A stretch of DNA of 64,000 nucleotides. It comes from Tubulanus polymorphus. Taxonomy: Eukaryota > Animalia > Nemertea. The stretch is from NCBI RefSeq assembly GCF_964204645.1, contig NC_134027.1, positions 4,496,485 to 4,560,484 on the forward strand. Reading direction: 5' to 3'. The notes under the pieces are model-generated. The model made no database searches, had not been told where the DNA came from, and was given only the letters and a program-made list of their open reading frames with translations. The position numbers were made by a program, and so were the translations under genes. Below, piece by piece: positions 1 to 41,400 of this stretch (positions are counted from its first letter, which is position 1; the number at the start of each line of letters is the position of its first letter).

Positions 1-818
1 AGTGGCGCGTCACTACCATGGTTCGAAATCAGGGTACATTAATTATGATAAAAGACTAACGTACAACTTCAGCATTTTGAGCGATCAAGTACCTTTTGAC
101 ACTTTCTGGATATTACCCGAAAAATTAAGCACAAATCAGGGCCTATCCTAAATTTGTCTATAAGACAGCTAGCATAATTCTGATTTTGTCACTACGAACC
201 GCGGTATTATCATTCATTCAATCATTCAAACGCAGGCTGTGACATATTCCCACAGTGTTCAGTACAAGTGCTATTCTATATTTCTATAGGCAATCTTTCA
301 ACGAGAAATTTACAGTTTTTAACACTCGAGTGGATCTTTTACTTTCGCTAATTCGATAATAATAAGCCTAATTGAAAGTACAAACTGAATGAATACAAAC
401 CGATCAAAGCCGACCGGTTATTTTCATTAAAAGATCACGCGCTGCGCAAAGTCTTTTTAGGGCAACAATGACGAATATACTGAATGCAATTTCTCATGGA
501 AATCAACAGTTCAACGAACTGATTCCAAAACAGTGAGGAGGATAAATCATTGATTGAAGAAAGCTGCTGACAAAAGTATGTTCTATCAAAATGACAAAGA
601 AACGTTTAGATTGGTATTGCTACCCCAACCCAATTCTTCAATCCCACGTAGTCGTAGCGTAGGCCTCCTGATCCTCAAGTTTGGGTTCAGGAGGATATGG
701 ACAGGATTTAACTACCCGGGCCCTAATACTGTCTCCGGGACTGACCATACATTTTAACAAGAGCAACTGTCAAAAACGACATTGATCATTATATTTGACA
801 CAAGAAAGAATTACAAAC

Positions 819-936
819 CTAGCAACAACAATTTCACTTCTCGTGCTGCTTTTTCTCCATCCTCTCTCAAAGTCTTGTCAATTTGTTTCGATCTTTCGAT
901 CGCAATACGATCCTCTGAACTGACAGCGCAACCCAT
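819..936 (-). CDS. GNAI: Heterotrimeric G protein alpha-i subunit, coding exon 1 (gene continues off the left edge)
   Basis: ATG at 936 gives [40 protein letters not shown], with the MGC myristoyl/palmitoyl motif and the Gi-type [11 protein letters not shown]. The 118-nt exon ends G|gtttgt, the conserved Gi/Go exon-1 boundary. Exon 2 (GAGESGKST) is not seen in 1-818. Confidence 0.93.
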
Positions 937-1233
937 GATAAGATTTCTGAGTTGATTCTGTTGTTGTTTATGCGAGTGACTGCTGTGGCCTGGTGGAGTG
1001 GGTAGCGGGTAGGCGGCTTTTTGAGGGAAGGGAAATAAAAGTCTCAAATGCACCAAAAATAACCGAGTTAACTGGAGTATCCGATATCAATAAAACTCTA
1101 TCCAATCTAAACACACTTAATCCGTACTTCAAATTGGTAAAACGTGTAAATCCGCCTTTAAAACCTGGTTTAATCACACCCGGAATTTTTTTTTTTGAAT
1201 GAATCTAACCCGAATTCCCGGATGCCTCGGAGA

Positions 1234-1245
1234 ATCTCGCGAGAT
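1234..1245. promoter_or_regulatory. TCTCGCGAGA promoter palindrome (BANP/Kaiso-type) upstream of GNAI
   Basis: ATCTCGCGAGAT perfect palindrome ~300 bp upstream of the GNAI ATG, in a CpG-richer patch. Confidence 0.5.
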
Positions 1246-1505
1246 CTTACATTCTAGGTGGCAGCACCAGCTGGTTAGGCAATAAAATCTGCGCGGCCTA
1301 ACCACCCGGTGTCTGGCTAACGATACACTTCACGGTATAGAAATCATAACTAATGTGTTAGTAATATATGTTAAAATACGTATGAATATGTTAATGCATT
1401 ATACAATAAACTTTAATAAGTTTTCAATATGAAGGAACAGTCCATAAAGAATTCAAAAGTAATAAAATAAAAATGGACGGTTTTAATTAATTCTAAATCG
1501 AAGCT

Positions 1506-2980
<1,475 letters not shown>

Positions 2981-3119
2981 ATCCGGCCTGAGCCGGGCAT
3001 ACAGGGGCGCAGACTTTGAAAAACGCCTTAGGTTTAGACGTTTGTCTAAATATCTACGGATGTAACGGAGTGCTCCCCATTTTCGGCCATTCACTGTCAT
3101 GGGGAACGGCAACTTATCT

Positions 3120-3175
3120 CGTTGCTACGATATCGTTGGTTGTTACGGGTTTTGTATGAATTAGTCGTAGCAACG
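3120..3175. promoter_or_regulatory. Inverted RFX/X-box-like half-sites upstream of TSSK
   Basis: CGTTGCTACGA (3120-3130) and its exact reverse complement TCGTAGCAACG (3165-3175). A GGCAAC half-site lies at ~3108-3113. Confidence 0.35.
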
Positions 3176-4471
3176 TCCAAATGGAGACTGGGTGTGGTTT
3201 ACAAGCATACAACCTTGATTTCCTTTTTTCTTATTTCCAGAAGCCGTAGGAAATTGTTTCTCTGGACGTATTTTTCATAACCCAGACTCCCCCACTTAAG
3301 TTTCATCGCCATTTGCAGACGCTTCCTCAAACATTTACTCGTAAATGCTTCTAAAGCACTGAGAAAACGTCCCCATGTCTTGGTAGTCCAACAATCTGAC
3401 GGGCAACCATTTCTGAATAACTTCTATTTTGATGCGCATCCAGCGACGTCCTTTGAAATAATGTGATGCACGTCTGGCGTGCAGAATGTATTAATTAGTA
3501 CATGCATATATTTTTGATTTGTTACTCAAAGATGAGTAACAAATGGAGAGCTGGAGTGTTGTTGAGCTGGAGTGGCATGGTACCAACATGGACTGGTCTT
3601 AGGCACCCATGGTAACTGGTCCATGTGCTAATTTTGATACATCATCAGATAACTTTTTCTGACAAAATATGTGACGGTGCTTATCGGGGATATATCTCTG
3701 CTGGGTGCTTATGTGCCGCTCATAAATGTTGATTATTCCTTGTTATTCCGTGAAGTCTATGAAGGATACGAGACTGAAATAACGCGACCGAAGAATCTAT
3801 GATAACGTTATATATTTATTTATTTACAGCCATACACAACACTGAAAATCACATATAAAAAACATCATTGACTCAGAAGCGATCCTTGTTACGTTGTATC
3901 ATAAATGAATTTTCTGCAAATATTTTCAATGTGTCACATCAAAAGTCACATACATATATACATATATGATAAATTGGTTCATGCCTAGGAAAGGTATTTA
4001 AAGCTCTCGAGGAAGGTGGCAAAGTGCCCATGATGATAATGAAATCTTAGCATTACACAGTGTATATCAATAGATAAAATACTAAACCTACATAACAAAC
4101 CAGTAAGGTTATTCTAAAATGGGAAACTTGACATTAAAACAATTTGTTAATGCAAAAGAACTAGCGATCTACTTTAATACACTTTTGATATCAATACTTG
4201 GAAGTAATTTCAATAATCGATTGCATATAAAGCTACCTTTACTTTTCGAACATAAACCTTTCGAAACAACACCATCTTTAAAGCTATTATGGACAAAAAT
4301 ATATGGACATACAAGGAACCTGTTCCGATTTTTGTGTATATTCTTGTCAATTCACTATAAGCATACAATCAAAGAGAACTTCTGATAAGTGCAATGCACC
4401 AACCAAAATCATTTGACAATCGATTATAATCCAATAACTATTGCTTGAGATCGGTTTGGAGTGATTCTTGG

Positions 4472-4609
4472 CTAGAATTGTAATGTACCAGTTCTATTGG
4501 TAGGCAAGTCATCAGTAGACAATATCGCTGGATTAATCGGCAGATTTGAGTGGGAGCCAGTCTCTTTCAACAATCCTATCCTTTGTTTTCTCATCCTTTG
4601 ATACTGCAT
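4472..4609 (-). CDS. ITPR: IP3 receptor alternative (distal) terminal coding exon B
   Basis: ccacag| acceptor then MQYQRMRKQRIGLLKETGSHSNLPINPAILSTDDLPTNRTGTLQF*. It is paralogous to terminal exon A and in phase 0. AATAAA on the minus strand at ~3815-3824. Confidence 0.8.
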   Translation of the reverse strand: MQYQRMRKQRIGLLKETGSHSNLPINPAILSTDDLPTNRTGTLQF

Positions 4610-6198
4610 CTGTGGAAGTTAGAAAACACTAATTCACTGCACAATGACAACATACAACTGAATAATATCCAAGTTAATCTTGTTAAGTCTATTCATGAAA
4701 TTGCGAAACACTTAAATTTCATGTTTATGTAGAAGTTTCCTTTTTTTAAATTTTTTTTTCATTAGAATACATTCTGAGGTTACCAGTTGATATTTTTTCA
4801 AGATGTTATGATTAGGCAGTTATTAGGCAGGAACAAGGTTAGATACAAGCCACACTAATGCAAAAGTAGAAGAAGCCACATACATCAACAGTTCCTAAAA
4901 AGACTGCTCTAATTGATTAAAAAGCATGAAAACTAAAAACAGGCTAATAGAAACCGAAATAAGGAGAGAATAATCTTTTATTTTCAATACGATGAATTTT
5001 CATGATTCAGATCATACAATATATAACAACATGATAGAATAAGTACATTGGTCATTCAAAACTTGGAGGATTTAGACTCTGAAGTTTCATTCCTTCAAAC
5101 TTCAACAATTCCATATGAATAATTAAGGCATTATCCATTCAAGTGAATAGAAGTTTCAGTTTAAAGGTCAAGTATATACATGAAATGTGTTAATTCAAAT
5201 ATCACATTTATTAAATGTACATACAATTTTAATTTAGGCTCGATGGTCAGAATATGTCAGTAGCTAGTACCGGTATGAAAAATACTGCTAGTATGAATAC
5301 TCTTCAGGCATCATGGAAGGGCATCCATTGATTTATGTTGTAAATGTAGTGAACTAATAATAATTCCAGTCAAAATACTTGAGTTAAGTGCAAAAATCTA
5401 ACTACAGTACAGACACTTATAATGTTAATAAAAGACATTTATATTACATAAGCACGCTGTAGCTAATCACTCATACATGGTTGTAAATTGCTAAATTTAT
5501 ATAAAATTCTTCCATCTGTGTATAACATGTATTGGTATGTATCAAATAAAAATATTTTCACTATTATTTACATAATAAAGCAAACAAATTTAAGTATCAT
5601 ATAGAATATGCAAATGAAAAATAAAACATAACAACAATGGCACCATAGACATGCACAAGATCCAATAGAACATAACCACCATATGAGCTTCAGAATGAAA
5701 CAAATTGAGAACAACTCTGAGCTAGATGTCTTCTTTGATTGTTAAATTTCTCAAATGAAACGATATCATAAATCCAAATCTAGACAAGGCTGAACAATGT
5801 CTGCAGCTCAGCATTTGTCAAAAAAATGAACTGATCAATGTGAAATGCAATTTTCATACATGGCGAAAATGTATCATAAGATAATTAGTTTACAAAGCAT
5901 TATTTAAGGTTTTGTCAAGTCAATTACCAAGCATTTCGATCAAAGTAGGTAATAGACCTCCCTTGTCATAACCAGGTATTCTGGCTCAATCTCATTCTTA
6001 CATAATTTGACCTCAAAAAGATTCCCTTCAAAAGGATAGAAGAATAAGAGCAAACTCCACCCACCAGATATCAATGAGCCAAGATAGAATTGTAATTCTA
6101 AGACACAATAGGACCTCAATACATACGTATGATATATATATATGTTTAAGATAATACTATAAGGTATCGATTAATGACAACAACAATAATAGATGGCG

Positions 6199-32825
<26,627 letters not shown>

Positions 32826-35439
32826 GATTAATAATAGTTATCCTTCATCGGTGACAAAAACTATCATTTCAAAATTCTCTTCTTTTAGTTCATAAATTTA
32901 CATGGGGGGAAAACGTCTAAGAAACAATTTTTCTATCTCAACCAGTCTCAGCAGGAGTCCCTAGAAAATAATACGCTTTTAATATCAGACGAGTGGATGT
33001 CAGATTGTAGAGTTCTCTTCACACAGATGAGTAGACCTAGCTCACTATTGAGAATACCAGTATCCATTGATAACTGACAACAGCAGAACAGATTCATCAA
33101 ATCATTTGTCAGTACTTTTCTGCTAGAGCTTATCATCAGGCCTAGATGCAACTAATTCATGTAGTATTTTCTTATTAAAACAGTAGGCCCCTCAAAGCTC
33201 ATCATCACATAGGCCTAGGCCTACTCGTCTAAAAAGGCACACAACTATTTGAACTCTCTCTGTTGACTGTAGTTCAGCAATTGTTGGTTAAGTCAATATG
33301 TACTTTTTGATGGATTTTACATAGGCCTATATTTACATACATACAAATGTTTTAATCCATCATATGTACAAGAGGACATTCAACAGAGACAAGAGTTCAA
33401 CTGTGTTGTGTATAAGCCTATGGCAGACTAAGTCTGGAAGCAATTGGAAGCAATTTTCGAATCCCGCGGCCAATTGCTTATTTCTGACAGGTGTGCATAT
33501 GTTGCCGCAGGGAATTTCACTTCAATTTCATCAAAAACATGGTATTCAAAGAAAAAAACATCATCATTCAGTAATATTGCAGCTTTCACTGCTGCACTTC
33601 ATGCCGCTCTTTTGCTATTTCTCCAGTTCAATCCTGCAAGTCCTGCAGTCCGCAACTTACTTCTGTAGGTTCATTTTATTTCATTATTGATTATAAGTGT
33701 AAACTTTGGCCGAAGCAGATGAGATTTTTTCACTTTTTCAATCGCTGATAGTATTAGTAGTGACTTAAGTTAGTGTACTGTACTCGGCCTGAAATACTTA
33801 CAGTTTTAACTACAAACTACTAAATCCGAAATAGTAAAAATCAGCAATTCCTCTCTAGCACTGCAAATAATCCCCGTTAAATCCGATGTCATAAAACTAC
33901 ATCGTCCAGACATAGACAAGCGAGAGTTTGACAGCGCTGAACGAACTAGTTAGAGGGAGGGCCACCTTCCGAGCAACGCGATGAGCATCGCTATTCCGCG
34001 TAAATTGGCCTTAAATCCGACCTCAACATTGAAAAAGCTGGGATTCGAAACTGAGAGTATCGAGTAGGGTCTCGATGCATAGTGTCAGAGTCGAATGACG
34101 ATCACAATTAGACTGGGTGCCTGTCCATATTCTGCGCCCTGTCCAGACCGGCAACCAGTCTAGGTATCTTGTGAATGAGTATGTTCCGATAACAGTGTAG
34201 GTTATATTTCAAAGACATCGGAAAACTCGATAATCTGTATCATTATTAGAATTGCGTAGTGTACTGTTATTATCTTTTCAATCTCCCTGTAGCGTGCACA
34301 AGGTTTTGCCACTAATTTTGATGTACCGCCGGGTTAAGATTATAAATTAGGATTTGAAATTAATTTCTAACTTAGAACTCAACTTCCGTTATAGTTCTAT
34401 GTTTCTAAGTTGTATATCTGTAAATCATTTCAAAATTCCTATTCACAAAAGTGGTATATATATTTTTTCTTTCTCTCGATTCAATCTGTGTTTAAAGCTT
34501 GATTAGTTTTTGATGTTAGGCATTATATATTCATAGATGGCAGATCACGCCTCGCAGACTAACATGCCGCGATCGGAACGCCATTTCTCCTTGTCCACGC
34601 GTTACTGCGATGGCGGACAGTGTTTCTCCCATTCTGTGTTTCAAAGATATCCATGAAATCTTTCCTTATTAGATAATGGCCTCAGTAGTGGGAAGGCGTG
34701 ATGCTGTTGCAATTCACTGTCAGTAAAAAGTTGTCTTTTTGCAGTCCTACTGGCATTTTTCTTTGCGGGCAGTTCCAAAGGCCGTCACGTCGTGAGGATA
34801 GAAAATCCAATAGGGTTAGGGCGTACTCTATTATGACCTCCGAAGTCTCCGTCCGAAATCTCCGGTTGGCTCCACACAAAATCCGAATCACACCACCTCG
34901 ACAGAAAGGAGGTTTCGGAGACTCCAAAAAATCACGTGACCAATAAAAGAGTACGATTGGAGGCAAACGGATTCTCCGATCTGATAAAAGAGTTCGCCCC
35001 AAGTCTTGGCAAACCAAGATCCGAACGACGTAAAAACACGAGATACAAACAAATAATTAGTTCATTTCTGTGTACGGACAATGAACTGCAATTTATTATT
35101 AATTATAATGAATACAAACCAAACATATAATACGTGTAAATATGAATAAAAAAGAGAAACCTCGTCGATAAACAAATAACTTGATGTAATCTCTAAAAGG
35201 CAGTAACAATTTCAAATATAAACTAATTCGATAAAAGGCAACGACATTGACGAGATTGTATCAAAGTTCGAGGCACATAACCGTTTGTATTAGTAATCAA
35301 TATATACATTACTTTAATGCTATCAAATCTTCATCCTCATTTCTTCCCAATAAAACGAACATGGTAAAAAATACTAGTACCCCGGATATTAAACAACATT
35401 GATAACATATAATTAACTAGTCAATTAACTGATTAGAAT

Positions 35440-38400
35440 CTAGTACGCAGACTGCTCGAGATTAAATGTTTTTCCATGTTTATCTTCATCCCCATAAAAT
35501 ATCTCTGGTCGCTCCTTCTCGTCTGAATGCATTTCTCCAGTGAGTTTTCCTGTACGTAAAGTAATAATCTCCTCAATTCCCGGAAGACATAGAACAATAG
35601 CCGATCCGTCGTCCGTAAGTAAATGTGATGTAGTCGGTCTCTCAGAGGCAAATGCGCCAACAAGCGTCTCTACCAAATGCAATGACATGGACAATTTTCA
35701 TGGAGACCAACCTAACCATTTTATATGCACATATTCAAGTCTCGCGAAGAAATACAAACCTGTTTCAAGATCCCAAAGCCTAATACTAGGATCAGCACGT
35801 GTGTTGTTGTAAGAGAGACATCGTCTGCCATCTTTCGATAACTGGACGTCATTTGGTGGTGCCGAGTGTCCCTTAAGCGTGAATCTGAAATTGAAATCAG
35901 AATAAATAGACAGAATGTCTATTCGCGATTGTTCAAAAGGAAATGATTACCAACTTACTTGTGAGCGCCCGCAACCAAATCCCAGACAACTATGTTATTA
36001 TTCTCTAGACCAGCTACGATAACCTGACTCTCTGATGAGATAGATACTGCGACGACTTTATTACAAGCCGGCTTCAACTTCTTAAACAACTGGCCACCTA
36101 TCAGGTCATAGACTATAAGGAAATCGGATGACGAATCTTCCAATTCCTAAAATATGGAAGGTATACACTTATTCTTAAAAAATGTCGAAAAATGTATGAC
36201 TGCGCGCAAATGCATTCGGCCCCATGCGTTTTTTACCTTACAAACGCACACAACGTAATGTCCATCATTAGTTATGGCGGACATACTGGTCAGGAATTCG
36301 TGCTGTGGGATCCGGAGATCGTGAAGTAGTTTACGATTTTCTAGGTCCCAAACTAGAAGTGGAAATGGTTTCTGTACCTCGTCGCCGCAGACGCATACTT
36401 GTCCATTATCACTGACGAGTAAACTGTTCAGAAAACGATCCTCGCCTACTTTGAATGTCGCTTCCATATCGCCAGTTTCAATATTCATGATATTCACATG
36501 CATGCGATTTCGTGATAAACATATGATATGATCTTTATTTCTCACTTCATAATATGGCATTTTCACATTTAGTACTCCTTTCATTTTTGATTTAAATTCA
36601 CCCGCGTTGAGGTCATAAACTATTATTTCTCTATCACACAAAACGGCTACATTGGTATCATCAATAGTTTTCAAATCTTTCGGAGACTTGATCCCAGTCA
36701 ACGTCCGTTGAATTTGGCCAGTCTGAAGTGACCATACACTGATTTCGCCCAACGGCTCTGATAAAGTTACAACGAAATCAGATGATGTTTTAAGACTGTA
36801 ACAACCAGTTAGAATTGGAGAGAATGATCCCGGAATAGAAGAGAAATATTTCATCTGATTTTTGTTCGGTACCAGATAATGGTCATCCATTGTGCAACAG
36901 CAGTTTAGTAAGTCTAACATTTTTGGCGCCGAACTTAAGTCTTGATTTGAGAGTTTAAGAAACAGTTGCAAAGGCAGCATATCGGGACTGCAGTACAGAA
37001 TATATATGGAACCAGAAATAAACTCATGTAGCTTTTTTAGATCTTCGTCATCGGTGAATTCTGCCAGAAGCATATGAATGTCTGATAATGTTTGTAATAT
37101 ACCTGCGAAGCGTACCTTTGCGCAAAGCCAGTCCAAATTAAACAAATCATCAACTACATCTTGGGCACGGCCACTCAATATTAACTGACTTGTCGTAAGT
37201 AACAGAGACCTGTGATTGTATTCGTCTCCAAATTTCATTTCTTGCGATGCTAAATGACACATACGGTGCGTACTGGCCAATTCATTTCGGAAATACTTTG
37301 CCAGAATGCTATGGGCACTTTTCATATCATATCGATCACGACAGATTTGATTAAAAATAGAATGCTTCCACGAGTAGACGGGTGCTGGTTTTGAATAACG
37401 GATGTTCAGATAAGGCTCTAGAATGTCCAATATCTGAAAGACAGTTCGGCTTGGAATTTCTTGTACGGAATAGATCGCAGATCCTACAAGCTTGTCATCA
37501 CAACTAAGCATATCTTTGAGTTCAGAGAAGCTTAGCCCATGTAGACTGGCTGTCAAGCAGCTTAACGCGCGGTCGATAAAGAATTGTCCAAATTTCACCT
37601 CAAGTAGAGAAAAAAGGGTACAAATCAAGCTCGTTAAATCTTCAGGTAGTTCAGGCAGTTCTACACGCTGATAACTTTTCCACGTAGAGGCTATCGAGGA
37701 ATATAAACACGCATGAAGAGGAAAGCTCGAATTTGATAGAACTTTGTTCATTGTTGTTTTCTGAGCTCCGGTTATTTCACGTTGGTTTTCTTCCATAGAT
37801 TTGATGAATATATTCGTATTATCTTCCACGGGCAATGGTTCCACTTTTAAAAAGCATTCACTTGTGTACATTGTCTAAAATAGAAATCGCAATCAGGTCA
37901 GAATGTTTGTGCAATGTGCAACTGGATTGTTTAAAGAGGACATTTCTTCTGCAATGAATGATAAAACTGTTTTCTTAATGATTGACAAATGAGGATACAT
38001 AACCTGTAGTTTGCTAATAACCTCTTGGTTTTCGCTATTGACGGTTAACACCATACGAACATGGGTTGGCAATTCAGATGGAAGAACATTTTCCAAGCAG
38101 ACTTTTCCTAAAGCCGAATCGATTCCATCAATTATCCACAATAAGGGACGCGTTTTGTCTACTTTTCTGAACAACTCAATCAAAACTGTCTTATACTCGC
38201 ATTGTGGCTGAAATCAAATAATAAATTATTGTCACCACCTGATATAGGCCCTACTTTAATCCCTACTAATGATCGTTTTATAGGATAAGCCGAGCGAAGA
38301 TCCTTTGTAATTTATCATGTTTGAATAATAATGATAGCGCTTCCCAGAAAATTAGACAGGAAAATCAATCACGCGGCATTAGTTGCAGCGTAACGGGTAA

Positions 38401-41400
38401 CCGACGCTAACAACAGGTTTCCGAATGGTTCATTTTTTATTAGAAAATGCAATATCATCAATCCAGGGTCCATCGTCATTGATCATATCTCAGACTTAAT
38501 ACCCTGCAGTGGTATGATTATGGCGGATACAGAATTTTTGAAAAGCAATCGCATTAAGATTCACCAAACGAACCGAACAACTTAGCATTTACAGAACAGC
38601 CACTGAATTATCATATCGCTAGCTTTTCGTATACCTTTATAGTTTCTGAGGAATCAATTCCATAAATGAGGCCCATTTGAAGACAGGAACTAAGCAGAAC
38701 TTGGTGCATGGTTTGTGAATTAGGTGTCAAATTGAAAAATCTCACCACCAAAGCAGCGTCCTCCCAATCCGGTAATTCATGGAGCTATCAACAACAAGAA
38801 TTATGCATTATTAATACGTATCAACATGTCATGCAGAAATAACTTTTCCCGATGTGATTGCTGATATTTGATAGCTCTCGAAGCGAATATAAAATCGTTC
38901 GTGTGTTAAGGGATCTATCCTTTTAAGACAAGAAGTATATATTCCATGTATCCATTGGCGAAAGCCAAAGAGGAGTGAAGAGTACGCCTTAACGTACAAA
39001 CTGTTTTCAGATCATCATTAATCCGATACATCGCTTACTGTCACGTTTATAATTATTATAGTGAATTTTATATATACAATTATAGTCATATATCAATGTC
39101 GCGTGGAATTTTTCACCTTCGTCAGACAAGGGGGTTTGAACCCCGAACCCCCTTCTGGGTGCGCCTCTGTTATTGATATCATGCATTTGCAGGGGTTTAG
39201 ATACGTACAACTCGGAAGAAATGATCATTGCAAACTATACATGAACGTGTTATATCGACCAACGAGAGTAAAAATAACACTAAATCAATTGACAATCAAC
39301 GAGAGCATAAGATTTATGCGTTATTTTTAGATCAATTGCGCGCCAGAAAGAATCGCAGTACATGGCTACGTTCAAGTTCTGATTTCATTAACATTGATCT
39401 CTGATCGCGCTCAGTATTCACTTCGAATCTAGTTAGACGGTTATTATCAATAATTTCTCCCCCAAGATACCGAAAAAAACCTTTCGCTGCATCACTATTT
39501 AGTAATTCAATCTTTCATCGATAGAAAACAATAGTCCGCTGCGTAGATGTTTACGGCTTCCACCATGCTTCATAAGGGCTTCAGATCTACGAATACTGTA
39601 CTTACAATTTACAAATTACAAATAAAAAATGCAAATACACGGAAAGAAATATAGGGATGGATTGATATTCTTAGTACATTTAATCTGAAAAACAATGATC
39701 TGCCAAACTGAATGCCATGCACGATTCATATATCCAAGTGGTAACATTTTTTAAGGTCTAAATACAAGTGACACAAATGTGTCCCATGAAAAATGCTTAG
39801 ACAGTTAGAAAAATCATTATTTAAGAAACTGTAAAATGTAGTTTCCCCACAATCATGATTTAACTCGACTTCTTTGCGATTTTCACTGGACACGTGTAGT
39901 GCCCGATGATGGTAGTCGGTAAAGGGTTAATCAGTTAGACCAAATTCAACTTATCGATTACGAATCGATAAGTTATTGAATGCGAAATAAATACAGAATT
40001 CCATAATTAATAACCCTGGGATTTGTTAATTGCGTCACCTGATGGCAAAATATCGATAAACGTATAATCAAGAAACGAGTGATACGCTACCTGATTAGAA
40101 AGGGAGACAATGAGAGAGGTTTTTCCGGAACCGCTTGGTCCACTGATGATCAAAGGTTTCTTCGATGGCGTATCGGAAGTCACGTTTTCTAGGGACAAAT
40201 ATCGATTCACTAGAGCTAACGTAGCGTTCACATTCTGTTCATCCTGAAACTCTCCGCCCAAGTGAACTTTAACGTTATTAGCTACGCAGGTGTGGGCGCA
40301 GAGCTCCGAGTATAAGTCGTTGTGAATACCTGACAGCGAAAGATTTAAAAGATCCTTTTTACACGACGTAACTAAAAACTCTACGAAAAGTTTTAGAAAT
40401 GTATAGTATCACTTACATTTTGAACCGTCCTGCTCGCATAATTCTTTATCCGTAGTGATAACTTGATGGACGATTCGCTGCAGAACGCCTTCGTATTTCG
40501 TACACACATCAGTCAAATAATCAACATTATCTTCCAACACTTTACCATCTGAGCTCCATTCAATATCCATATGTATGATATTTTGAGTTGATAACCGCGA
40601 TTGAAGATGATCGCTGAGATTTTGAATTCGTTTCTTAGCTCTAATGCTGTACTCATCGCTATACACATCTCGATATTGGTGACATTCAATAATGGGTGTT
40701 TCTGGCATGTTGGAAAATTTGCGATTCAACCATATTACCTTCTCTGCGGCGTTTGTACCATTTCTTATGAGTATTTCTTCGATTTCCTGTTCAAAATCTT
40801 TCACGAAAAAAAAACCAAATTCGATTTATTATCGTGGTTGATATAATAAATAGGTTAACGTTATCATAATCTAACGGTTGTAATGTTGTGAAAGTTTGTT
40901 AGTTTTGTGTATAAAGATGCTAATTGGATGCGATAAGTGTCGATAGTCGATAGCAAATACAATGACATAAACGAAGTATATTGAGAATAAATTACTCAAT
41001 TTGTCGAATAAAGCCTTTTATACCCGTTTTGAGATATACGGAATCTGCAGATAGCGAATTGGTTAATAACTGATGAATTCGTGCGGCAATCTGTGTCCAC
41101 TTTGCGACAGCTGCTCGTCTGAGATTGTCGTCTTCGGAAAGATAGTCTGGTATTATCAGCGATATTGGTTGCAAAATGTACGCCGGTGGAATGTGATTTT
41201 CATCCAATCTGTACCATTCATTCAGTAGCTTTTTGTCGTCGTTTTGAACGTCGAGAAGAAGCATCTCAAAATCGTCTACGTAGAAATTTGCTGGAGCATT
41301 TAGACCTAGCTTCTCATTCAAGAACACCTACAAAGTATATCAGCACAAATTTTGGGATCTGTAACGAATTTTCTAACTAATAAAATGCCCTGCCCTTTCA

